Positions 1 to 7,497 of a DNA stretch of 64,000 bases are shown piece after piece; within the stretch, counting starts at the first letter, position 1; every line of letters begins with the position of its first letter. A program made the position numbers and the translations under genes. The notes beneath the pieces were generated by a model that was not told where the DNA came from, searched no databases, and was given only the letters and a program-made list of their open reading frames with translations. The stretch is from Syntrophomonadaceae bacterium (GTDB lineage: Bacteria > Bacillota > Syntrophomonadia > Syntrophomonadales > Syntrophomonadaceae), in the NCBI GenBank assembly GCA_040217815.1, contig JBEHWI010000011.1:19618-83617 (forward strand), given 5' to 3'.

Positions 1-114
1 TGAAGACCCTTTTTACGGATGGTTTGAAAGGAAGAGCCTGCGAGGACTGAGTATGAACAACGGTCAGGGTACTACTGGGAGAGATGAAGCAAAAAAATAA
101 CCGGAGGGATAGAA

Positions 115-1110
115 ATGAAAGTAAATAAAGCAACATTTTCCGCATCGATAATAGCTCACTGTCGAGCCTACCATGCACTGCATGATGACCCAAAGATATT
201 TGATGATTTTCTGGCCGCTCATATGCTTACCGAAGAGGAATGCGCATACTTTGACAATTCGTTATATAGATCCGTTAAGGTACTTAAATATTTGGGTTCC
301 GGAAAGGTTGTTCCCTCCTTGATAAAATTGTTCCTTCCCCGGCGTTTTAAACATGCTTCTAAAGCTATTGGAACCGAAGAGTTAAACCAGATCTCCGATT
401 TAAGGTCGGGCTTGGATTGCTATATGCGCGCCACTGGAGGCCTGGCATTAACCGTCAGCAGGTCCCGGTATACTGAAGACAGACTGGTGAAGGCCGCCAG
501 CGAAGGAGTAAAACAGTATGTGATATTGGGAGCGGGTTTGGACACCTTTGCCTTCCGCCACCCGGAACTGATGGAGAAGCTGCGGGTTTTTGAAGTGGAT
601 CGCCCGGCCACTCAGGCTTTTAAGCGTCAACGCCTTGCCGAATTAGATTGGGAAATTCCCAAACAACTCTATTTTGTTCCGGTAGATTTCATAGACCAGA
701 GACTTGATGGGGAACTCAATAATTCACCGTATGACCCGAAAGCTTTGAGCTTCTTTAGCTGGTTGGGAGTCACTTATTACCTGCCCCGTGAATCTGTGCT
801 CAATACTCTGCGTACTGTTGCCAGTTTAGCCCCCCAGGGCAGTACGATTATTTTTGACTATCTGGATGCCGATGCATATGACCGTACCAAAGTAGCTTCA
901 CGGGGACAGTGGCTTTTGTATTCTCTAGTAGGCTCGAAAGCAAAATCCGGATTTGACCCGGCCACGTTGTCCCGCGACCTTGCTCCTTTGGGCTTAAGTC
1001 TTAAGGAAAATCTTAGCCCTTCGGATGTTGAAAAACGCTACTTCCAGGGGCACCCGGGCAAATATCATGCTCAGGAACATGCCCACTTTGCCTGTGCGGT
1101 TGTTAAATAG
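115..1110 (+). CDS. class I SAM-dependent methyltransferase (TIGR00027 / leucine-carboxyl-methyltransferase-like family)
   Basis: 331-aa ORF with a GGAGGG SD upstream. It has the 'YVILGAGLDTFAFR' SAM-binding motif and 'FEVDRPATQAFK', both typical of this family. It is a clear paralog of 35937..36842. Confidence 0.8.
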   Translation: MKVNKATFSASIIAHCRAYHALHDDPKIFDDFLAAHMLTEEECAYFDNSLYRSVKVLKYLGSGKVVPSLIKLFLPRRFKHASKAIGTEELNQISDLRSGLDCYMRATGGLALTVSRSRYTEDRLVKAASEGVKQYVILGAGLDTFAFRHPELMEKLRVFEVDRPATQAFKRQRLAELDWEIPKQLYFVPVDFIDQRLDGELNNSPYDPKALSFFSWLGVTYYLPRESVLNTLRTVASLAPQGSTIIFDYLDADAYDRTKVASRGQWLLYSLVGSKAKSGFDPATLSRDLAPLGLSLKENLSPSDVEKRYFQGHPGKYHAQEHAHFACAVVK

Positions 1111-1173
1111 CGATAGCAGGATTAACAACCGCGTGCTCAATGCACAACCGCCATAAAGGGAGAGGGTTATATT

Positions 1174-3846
1174 ATGAGTTCATATGTGCTCGGTTTTAGG
1201 GAGTTGGATAAAACAAAGCTCGCCGTAGCCGGCGGCAAGGGTGCCAACCTGGGGGAGCTGTCCAGGATTGAAGGGGTTTGTGTACCAGAAGGCTTTTGCG
1301 TTACGACTGAAGCGTATAACAGAATAATTGAGAAGAATAAAGAATTTAACCAGCTTCTCGCTCAGTTGTCTATTCTACGCGTAAGCGAGCTGGAAAAGAT
1401 CAGCCGGATCAGCGCGCAGATCCGAGATGTTATTGAAAAGACCGTTATCCCTAAAGAAATCGAAGAGCAAATCGCTTCATACATCACCCTGCTGGGGGAA
1501 AAGGATGCCTATGCAGTGCGCTCCAGCTCCACTGCCGAGGACCTGCCCACTGCCTCATTCGCCGGCCAGCAGGATACCTATCTCAATATTATCGGCAAAG
1601 ATTTCATTCTGCAGAACGTTAGCAGATGCTGGGCATCGCTATTTACCGACCGGGCCGTAATCTACCGCATGCAAAACGGTTTCGATCACCGCAAGATCTA
1701 TCTGTCTGTCGTTGTTCAGAAAATGGTTTTTCCCCAGGCGGCGGGGATTATGTTTACCGCCGATCCGGTCTCATCCAACCGCAAAGTACTATCCATCGAC
1801 GCCAGTTTCGGTCTGGGTGAAGCCCTGGTCTGTGGCCTTGTTAATCCTGACACCTACAAGGTACGGGAAGGCAGGATCATCGATAAAAAAATATCCACCA
1901 AAAAGCTGGCCACCTATGCTGTAGAAAAAGGAGGCATCCAGAACCGGGAGATCGAGCCCGGACATCAGAATAAACAAACCCTGACCGACGAGCAGATTCT
2001 ACAGCTTGAAGGCCTGGGCCGAAAGATCGAAGCCCACTTTGGCACACCCCAGGACATTGAGTGGTGCATGGTACGGGGACATCACTCCGAAGGTGGTGTG
2101 TCCCCTGTCCTTAATGATGCCTTCCATATCGTTCAGAGCCGCCCCATCACCACCTTATACCCGGTACCGGAGGTAAATGACTTAAAAAACCGGGTATATG
2201 TATCCTTCGGCCATATCGAGATGATGACCGAACCCATCAGACCATTGGGAATGTTCTTCTGCCAGCTTTTAATCGGTGCACGTATATTATGTAAAGCCGG
2301 TGGGAGATTATTTGTTGATTATACTTATGATCTAGCCTCTCCAGTGGCGAGAAAATTTGCATTGAGAGTGTTTGAACAATTTGATCCACTGATAAAAAAC
2401 GCCATGCTGAATTTATTTAGAAGAAAACCGTTTTTAAAGACTTTACCACAGGGGAAAAAAACGTGGACACAGGGACTAACCTGGGCGCTTCCCCTCGAGA
2501 TGATAAAAATCTACCGAAAAAACGATTCCAGGTTTATTAAAAATATCGTTTCTCGCAACGAGGAGTCTGTAAGGGATCTGCAGCAAAGGATCGCCAACGT
2601 ATCTGGAAGCGAACTTTTTGAATTTATTCTACAAGACCATAAGCAGTTAATTGAAATTATGATTGATCCCCCGAGCGTGGCAGCATTCATGGTCGGGATG
2701 CAGGCAGCCAATTGGCTCAACAATAGAATAGAAAAATGGCTGGGCGAAAAACGTGCCGTCGATGTACTCATTCAGTCAGTAGACGACAACATTACATCTG
2801 AAATGGGGCTTGAACTTTTAGATGTAGCCGATGCTGTCCGGAAGCATCCAGCCGTAATCGAATATTTTCATAATGCCAGTGATGAGACTTTTTTTGAGGA
2901 CCTGGCTAAACTTGAAGGCGGCGAAGCGGTCAGTGAAATTATTCAGGCTTACCTCGAAAAATACGGCATGCGTTGTTCCGCTGAGATAGATATTACCCGG
3001 CCACGTTGGAGCGAACAGCCGACCGTGTTGATTCCCATGATCCTCAACAACATCAAAGCTTTTGAGCCGGGTGCCCACAGGACTAAATTTGAGCAGGGGC
3101 TTGAGGAAGCGAAGCGGAAGGAACAAGAGCTCTTAAGCTGCCTGATGCAGTTGCCAGGCGGCAAGCGAAAAGCAAAGAAGACTCAGAAGATGATCGGTAT
3201 TGTGCGCAATTTGATCGGATACCGTGAATACCCCAAATACATGAATATCCAACGTTTCTACATTTACAAGCAGGCCCTGCTGAAGGAGGCCGGAATACTC
3301 GTACAGAAGGGATTTATTCAAGAAAAGGAGGACATCTATTATTTAACTCTGGAGGAACTCCGAGAGGTAGTTAAAACCGACCGTTTGGATTATGGCATAA
3401 TAACCAGGCGAAAAGCGGACTACGAGGTCTATGCCAAGCTGACTCCGCCGCGCTTGATGACCTCCGAGGGAGAGGTCATAATGGGGGAATACGATATCAC
3501 CAGCTTTCCCCAAGGTGCTTTGGCAGGCACCCCTGTATCAACCGGCGTCATAGAGGGCCGGGCACGGGTGATTTTAAAACTGGAGGACGCCAGAATAGAG
3601 GAGGGTGATATCCTGGTCACCAGATTCACTGACCCGGGCTGGACGCCGCTCTTCTTATCCCTCAAAGGCCTGGTGACGGAAGTGGGCGGCATGATGACCC
3701 ACGGTGCCGTTATTGCCCGTGAATATGGCTTGCCAGCAGTTGTCGGAGTGGAAAATGCCACCCAACTGATAAAAGATGGGCAGCGAATCCGTATCAACGG
3801 CTCGGAAGGGTATGTTGAGATCCGTAGCGATGACTTGTTTAACTAA
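1174..3846 (+). CDS. PEP-utilising enzyme of the rifampicin phosphotransferase (Rph) / phosphoenolpyruvate synthase-like family
   Basis: 890 aa. The N-terminal ATP-grasp region reads 'VAGGKGANLGELSRIEGVCVPEGFCVTTEAY'. The C-terminal swivel phosphohistidine domain reads 'TEVGGMMTHGAVIAREYGLPAVVGV'. Length and domain order match Rph-type enzymes. Confidence 0.8.
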   Translation: MSSYVLGFRELDKTKLAVAGGKGANLGELSRIEGVCVPEGFCVTTEAYNRIIEKNKEFNQLLAQLSILRVSELEKISRISAQIRDVIEKTVIPKEIEEQIASYITLLGEKDAYAVRSSSTAEDLPTASFAGQQDTYLNIIGKDFILQNVSRCWASLFTDRAVIYRMQNGFDHRKIYLSVVVQKMVFPQAAGIMFTADPVSSNRKVLSIDASFGLGEALVCGLVNPDTYKVREGRIIDKKISTKKLATYAVEKGGIQNREIEPGHQNKQTLTDEQILQLEGLGRKIEAHFGTPQDIEWCMVRGHHSEGGVSPVLNDAFHIVQSRPITTLYPVPEVNDLKNRVYVSFGHIEMMTEPIRPLGMFFCQLLIGARILCKAGGRLFVDYTYDLASPVARKFALRVFEQFDPLIKNAMLNLFRRKPFLKTLPQGKKTWTQGLTWALPLEMIKIYRKNDSRFIKNIVSRNEESVRDLQQRIANVSGSELFEFILQDHKQLIEIMIDPPSVAAFMVGMQAANWLNNRIEKWLGEKRAVDVLIQSVDDNITSEMGLELLDVADAVRKHPAVIEYFHNASDETFFEDLAKLEGGEAVSEIIQAYLEKYGMRCSAEIDITRPRWSEQPTVLIPMILNNIKAFEPGAHRTKFEQGLEEAKRKEQELLSCLMQLPGGKRKAKKTQKMIGIVRNLIGYREYPKYMNIQRFYIYKQALLKEAGILVQKGFIQEKEDIYYLTLEELREVVKTDRLDYGIITRRKADYEVYAKLTPPRLMTSEGEVIMGEYDITSFPQGALAGTPVSTGVIEGRARVILKLEDARIEEGDILVTRFTDPGWTPLFLSLKGLVTEVGGMMTHGAVIAREYGLPAVVGVENATQLIKDGQRIRINGSEGYVEIRSDDLFN

Positions 3847-3894
3847 TTGCCATATAAATGTTCTCCCATTATAGTTAACTTATAAATCGTTGTA

Positions 3895-4695
3895 GTGGGG
3901 GACAGATGTATGATTATTACTTCTTACGGCAAGGATTCATCGGTAGAAAAGTCATTGCAGAGTGCTTTCATTGAAAATGAGCAGTATCTTTTTCAGCTGG
4001 TTGATCTATTTCCCCTGCCTATCGAAATATTTGCTCCCGACGGCACCACCGTGTTTGGCAACCGGGCGGCCTTGGAAATGTGCAATGTTATGGGGTTGGA
4101 TCAAGTAGTAGGTGTATATAACATTCTTGAAGATCCGGTGGTAAATGATATCCTGGGGCTTAGGGAATATGTCAGCAGGGCTTTTAAAGGAGAAACCCTG
4201 TCTGTATCAGACGTGAGGGTTCCTCTCGAAGACATGGCAGGCCGCTATGAAACCAGGGAAGATGATCCACCGATTAATTCCCTCTACAACGACATTATCA
4301 GCTTTCCGATTTGGGGCGGCAACAACGCTATTGCTTATATTGTGAACATCTTTATTACAACCAGGATATACCAGGGGCAAACCGAAGTCACCAAAGCCAA
4401 GGAGTACATAGAAGAACACTGGATTGAAAAATTTAATCTGGATGAATTAGCTCGGTTTGTGAACCTCAGTAAATATCACTTTTCCCATCTTTTCAAAAAG
4501 CACACCGGCACAACCCCTTATAGCTATTACCAGGATATCAAGGTGGAAAAGTTGAAGGAAACACTTCGCGATAAAAACCTGTCCGTCAGTGAGGCTTTTG
4601 ATGCGTGCGGACTGCATTACAACGGGCACCAGGCTCAACTATTCAAAAAGAGAACCGGGCTGACACCGTCAGAGTACCGCAGGGCTGAAATATAA
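3895..4695 (+). CDS. AraC family transcriptional regulator with an N-terminal PAS-like sensory domain
   Basis: 266 aa. The C-terminus carries a double HTH ('LARFVNLSKYHFSHLFKKHTGTTPYSYYQDIKVEK...TGLTPSEYRR'). The real start may be the ATG at 3910. Confidence 0.8.
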   Translation: MGDRCMIITSYGKDSSVEKSLQSAFIENEQYLFQLVDLFPLPIEIFAPDGTTVFGNRAALEMCNVMGLDQVVGVYNILEDPVVNDILGLREYVSRAFKGETLSVSDVRVPLEDMAGRYETREDDPPINSLYNDIISFPIWGGNNAIAYIVNIFITTRIYQGQTEVTKAKEYIEEHWIEKFNLDELARFVNLSKYHFSHLFKKHTGTTPYSYYQDIKVEKLKETLRDKNLSVSEAFDACGLHYNGHQAQLFKKRTGLTPSEYRRAEI

Positions 4696-4710
4696 TCGCC
4701 CGCAATTGGC

Positions 4711-4756
4711 AAAAGAGCTCTTTGGTCCTTAACCGGACCCGGGAGCTCTTTTTTTT
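4711..4756 (+). terminator. rho-independent terminator after the AraC gene
   Basis: AAAAGAGCTC ... GAGCTCTTTT stem with an inner GGTCC/GGACC pair, followed by a T8 run. Confidence 0.75.
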
Positions 4757-5046
4757 GCCATTAAGTCAACAATAACCCTACTAATTACAGCAATTTACTG
4801 GCAGATTTAGGGCGTTTTTAAAGGATATGATTTAAATACCAGCCACATTAGCCGGCCTGGTAAGGCTCCAATAGTCCATTCCGGCCTTGCCGGAAACAGG
4901 TAATACAGGGTTGACGCTTTAAATACCTAAGCAGTATTTGCCATCACTTAATTAGAGGTAAATAGAGAAAGGGGGAAGACGCACAGCATTTTTCACACCA
5001 ATTCCTGAGCATATTAAAACCGGCCATAATTCATGGCCGCGTCCAG

Positions 5047-5871
5047 ATGAATCTACTGAATAATACCCGGATTTCTGAAAAGGAGGATTGGTTGATCTTG
5101 AATATCCGCAAAGCTATAAAGGTATTGGGTCTGATGCTGACCTCGGCCGTTTTGGGTGCGATGCTGGCAGCCACGGTATGTGCCGACGACCCCATACGCC
5201 TTTTCGTAAATGGAGTGGAGGTGCACTCCGATGTTCCACCCCAGGTGATCAACGGCCGCACCATGGTTCCGGCCGCGGCATTGGCCCAGGCTCTGGGTGC
5301 GCGGGTGGAATGGGACGCTGCCAACCATGCGGTAATGGTGTATGCCCTCACCTCGGGAGGTACTCCGACCGACCTGCCGTCGTCCGGGAGCAATTCCAGC
5401 AGCCCCGGCAGCAACTCGGGAAGCTCTCCGGGAAACAACTCCAACTCAACATCCGGGAGTTCGCCGAACAGCGGCAACCTTTACCCGGAAACCAGCACCG
5501 GCAGCCAGTCGGGAAGTTCACCAGGCAGCAGCTCCGGGAGTTCTCCCGGCTCTCAACATACCCCATCCATCCCGGCCAGTTCGACTAGCTGGACCGGAAC
5601 CTGGAATACCAGTTTTGGCGAGATGGCGCTGGTCCAGACCGGAAGCAGCGTGGCCGGCACTTATGCCTACCGGGATGGCCGACTGTCCGGAACCGCCCAA
5701 GGCAATGTTTTGACCGCTGTATGGTCGGAATCCCCAACCTTCACTCCACCGGATGATTCGGGTAAAGTGGTGTTTACCATGTCGGCGGATGGCAGCCAGT
5801 TTACCGCCAATTGGATGTACGGCTTTACCGGAGACTGGTGGGCGCAGCCCTGGACCGGAAGTCGAAAGTAG
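5047..5871 (+). CDS. secreted copper-amine-oxidase N-terminal ('stalk') domain protein with an S/G/N-rich linker and an uncharacterised W-rich C-terminal domain
   Basis: Signal peptide ('KVLGLMLTSAVLGAMLAATVCA'). The stalk domain reads 'IRLFVNGVEVHSDVPPQVINGRTMVPAAALAQALGARVEWD'. The AGGAGG SD at 5081-5086 suggests the true start is the TTG at 5092 or 5098. Confidence 0.8.
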   Translation: MNLLNNTRISEKEDWLILNIRKAIKVLGLMLTSAVLGAMLAATVCADDPIRLFVNGVEVHSDVPPQVINGRTMVPAAALAQALGARVEWDAANHAVMVYALTSGGTPTDLPSSGSNSSSPGSNSGSSPGNNSNSTSGSSPNSGNLYPETSTGSQSGSSPGSSSGSSPGSQHTPSIPASSTSWTGTWNTSFGEMALVQTGSSVAGTYAYRDGRLSGTAQGNVLTAVWSESPTFTPPDDSGKVVFTMSADGSQFTANWMYGFTGDWWAQPWTGSRK

Positions 5872-5895
5872 CCCGGGGACTCGGATGAAGGAGGA

Positions 5896-6834
5896 TTGAA
5901 CATGAGTATTTTAAAGGATAAATTGGTTTTGACACTTGTGCTCATCGCGGGATTATTAGGGGCGCTTTCGGTGGGGGCCTGGGCCCAGGAGCCCATCCGC
6001 CTGTTCGTAAACGGGGTTGAAGTGCATTCAGACGTTCCTCCCCAGGTGATAAACGGCCGGACTATGGTTCCGGCCGCGGCATTGGCGCAGGCCCTGGGTG
6101 CGAAGGTGGAGTGGGACGCTGCCAACAGGGCGGTTATGGTCACCGCTCTCAAGGGCGGCGGGGCTCCGACCGACCTGCCCTCTTCCGGCAGCCCAAGCCA
6201 GTCGGCTAGCTCGAATGTGACTATATCCAAATTGTACTCGGAAGGCTCGCCTTATGCCGGAGGTGGAAGCGGGGTCACCCTGTGGGTAGAAGGCAAGGTT
6301 AACAATCCCCCGCCTAAATACGGGTTGATTGTCCAGATCGGCGTTCCGGGTCATGGCACTTTGATGACTATTGACGAATACGGCTACTCAAGCAGCGGGA
6401 TAAGTGAGGACGGTTCTTTCAAAGTTTACTATCGCATGCAGGAGTTCGAGGACGAACTGGCCGGCGCGATCGTAGCAGGCAAGGATGTAAAGGCGGTGGT
6501 GGTCCCCGATTCGGTCGAACGCTTCAAAGTCCTGGCAGTGGCCAAGAGCGACTATGTTTACGCGCCGGCGCAGGGATTAAAGTTCAATACTTACAGCATC
6601 ATCTGCAGCCGAGGTCCCGATGATGAAAGTCCGACTTTTAATATCGCATCCCATTACAGTGGACCCGACCCCGATACTTCGGGCGTATTCGGCGGACCGT
6701 ATGTTCTCTGTTACCACTTTGCTGCCAAAGAAGGGCAGTTGACCGGTTTGGAATTATCCAAAGGCGGCCGGATCTTAAAGAGCTATAGTTCGGGGGAACT
6801 GGCCGGAATGATGAACAAGCTGCCAGCCTTTTAA
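5896..6834 (+). CDS. secreted copper-amine-oxidase N-terminal ('stalk') domain protein, tandem paralog of 5047..5871
   Basis: Its signal peptide and stalk domain are near-identical to those of the upstream gene. The C-terminal ~200 aa are unrelated. The likely start is the ATG at 5902, 7 nt after GGAGGA. Confidence 0.8.
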   Translation: MNMSILKDKLVLTLVLIAGLLGALSVGAWAQEPIRLFVNGVEVHSDVPPQVINGRTMVPAAALAQALGAKVEWDAANRAVMVTALKGGGAPTDLPSSGSPSQSASSNVTISKLYSEGSPYAGGGSGVTLWVEGKVNNPPPKYGLIVQIGVPGHGTLMTIDEYGYSSSGISEDGSFKVYYRMQEFEDELAGAIVAGKDVKAVVVPDSVERFKVLAVAKSDYVYAPAQGLKFNTYSIICSRGPDDESPTFNIASHYSGPDPDTSGVFGGPYVLCYHFAAKEGQLTGLELSKGGRILKSYSSGELAGMMNKLPAF

Positions 6835-6869
6835 CTGCAGTCAACCTGTTTCTTCCTATATGAACGAGA

Positions 6870-6908
6870 CATAGGTAAAAAAACACGCCTTTTTACCTAT
6901 GTTTTTTT
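6870..6908 (+). terminator. rho-independent terminator
   Basis: CATAGGTAAAAA / TTTTTACCTATG 12-bp stem followed by T7. Confidence 0.8.
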
Positions 6909-6975
6909 ATGAAAAACAATCGTTTTCATGCTGTGTGCTGTTTAAAAATTCCTATCTATTTTTCTGGAAATGTAC

Positions 6976-7004
6976 TTGACACCAGACGGAGAAATTAATA
7001 ACAT
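6976..7004 (+). promoter_or_regulatory. putative sigma-A promoter of the dfx-FDP operon (TTGACA-N17-TAACAT), bracketed by a 7-bp inverted repeat
   Basis: The -35 TTGACA lies at 6976-6981 and the -10-like TAACAT at 6999-7004. The inverted repeat TGTACTT (6971-6977) / AAGTACA (7007-7013) flanks both elements. Confidence 0.5.
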
Positions 7005-7045
7005 TAAAGTACACCAAACGGGTATACAATTAAGGAGGCGTTCAT

Positions 7046-7426
7046 ATGGCGAAGTTATTGGGTATATACAAATGCGAAGTGTGCGGAAATATGGTGGAAG
7101 TGCTCTTTGAAGGCGTGGGCGAATTGCATTGCTGCGGCCAGGCCATGACCTTTATTGAGGAGAATACAGTGGATGCGGCGGTGGAGAAACATGTTCCGGT
7201 GAGCACCTGGGAAGGCGGTATTCTTACCGTTAAGGTGGGCAGCCTTACTCATCCCATGACCGAGGAGCATTATATCCAGTGGATTGAAGTTCTGGTAGGG
7301 AATAAGGCTTATCGTGAGTTTTTAAAACCGGGGCAGGAACCTCAAGCCAGCTTTTGTATAGAAACCGGCGGAGAGCCGGTAGTCTTGAGAGAATACTGCA
7401 ATCTGCATGGGTTGTGGAAAGCTTAA
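7046..7426 (+). CDS. dfx: desulfoferrodoxin (2Fe superoxide reductase)
   Basis: 126 aa. The N-terminal desulforedoxin-type Cys cluster reads 'CEVCGNMVEV...CCGQAM'. The C-terminal neelaredoxin-type ligands are 'EKHVP', 'HPMTEEHYIQWIE' and 'CNLHGLW'. Confidence 0.9.
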   Translation: MAKLLGIYKCEVCGNMVEVLFEGVGELHCCGQAMTFIEENTVDAAVEKHVPVSTWEGGILTVKVGSLTHPMTEEHYIQWIEVLVGNKAYREFLKPGQEPQASFCIETGGEPVVLREYCNLHGLWKA

Positions 7427-7497
7427 ACAATTTTTAAATGAGGATGGGCAGTATTTTGCTGAAAGGTTAAAATTTGTATAAAAGGAGGGATAAGAGA

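Noticed and set aside
1-114. Possible 3' end of an upstream gene (...KTLFTDGLKGRACED*, ending near position 50).
   Set aside because: Only about 16 codons are visible, which is too short to support any call.
5031-6354. Many long overlapping and antisense ORFs: 5031..5477-, 5088..5588+, 5342..5713+, 5667..6230-, 6028..6354-.
   Set aside because: These are shadow ORFs of the GC-rich, low-complexity stalk-protein genes. They have no SD signals and produce Arg/Pro/Gly-rich nonsense translations.
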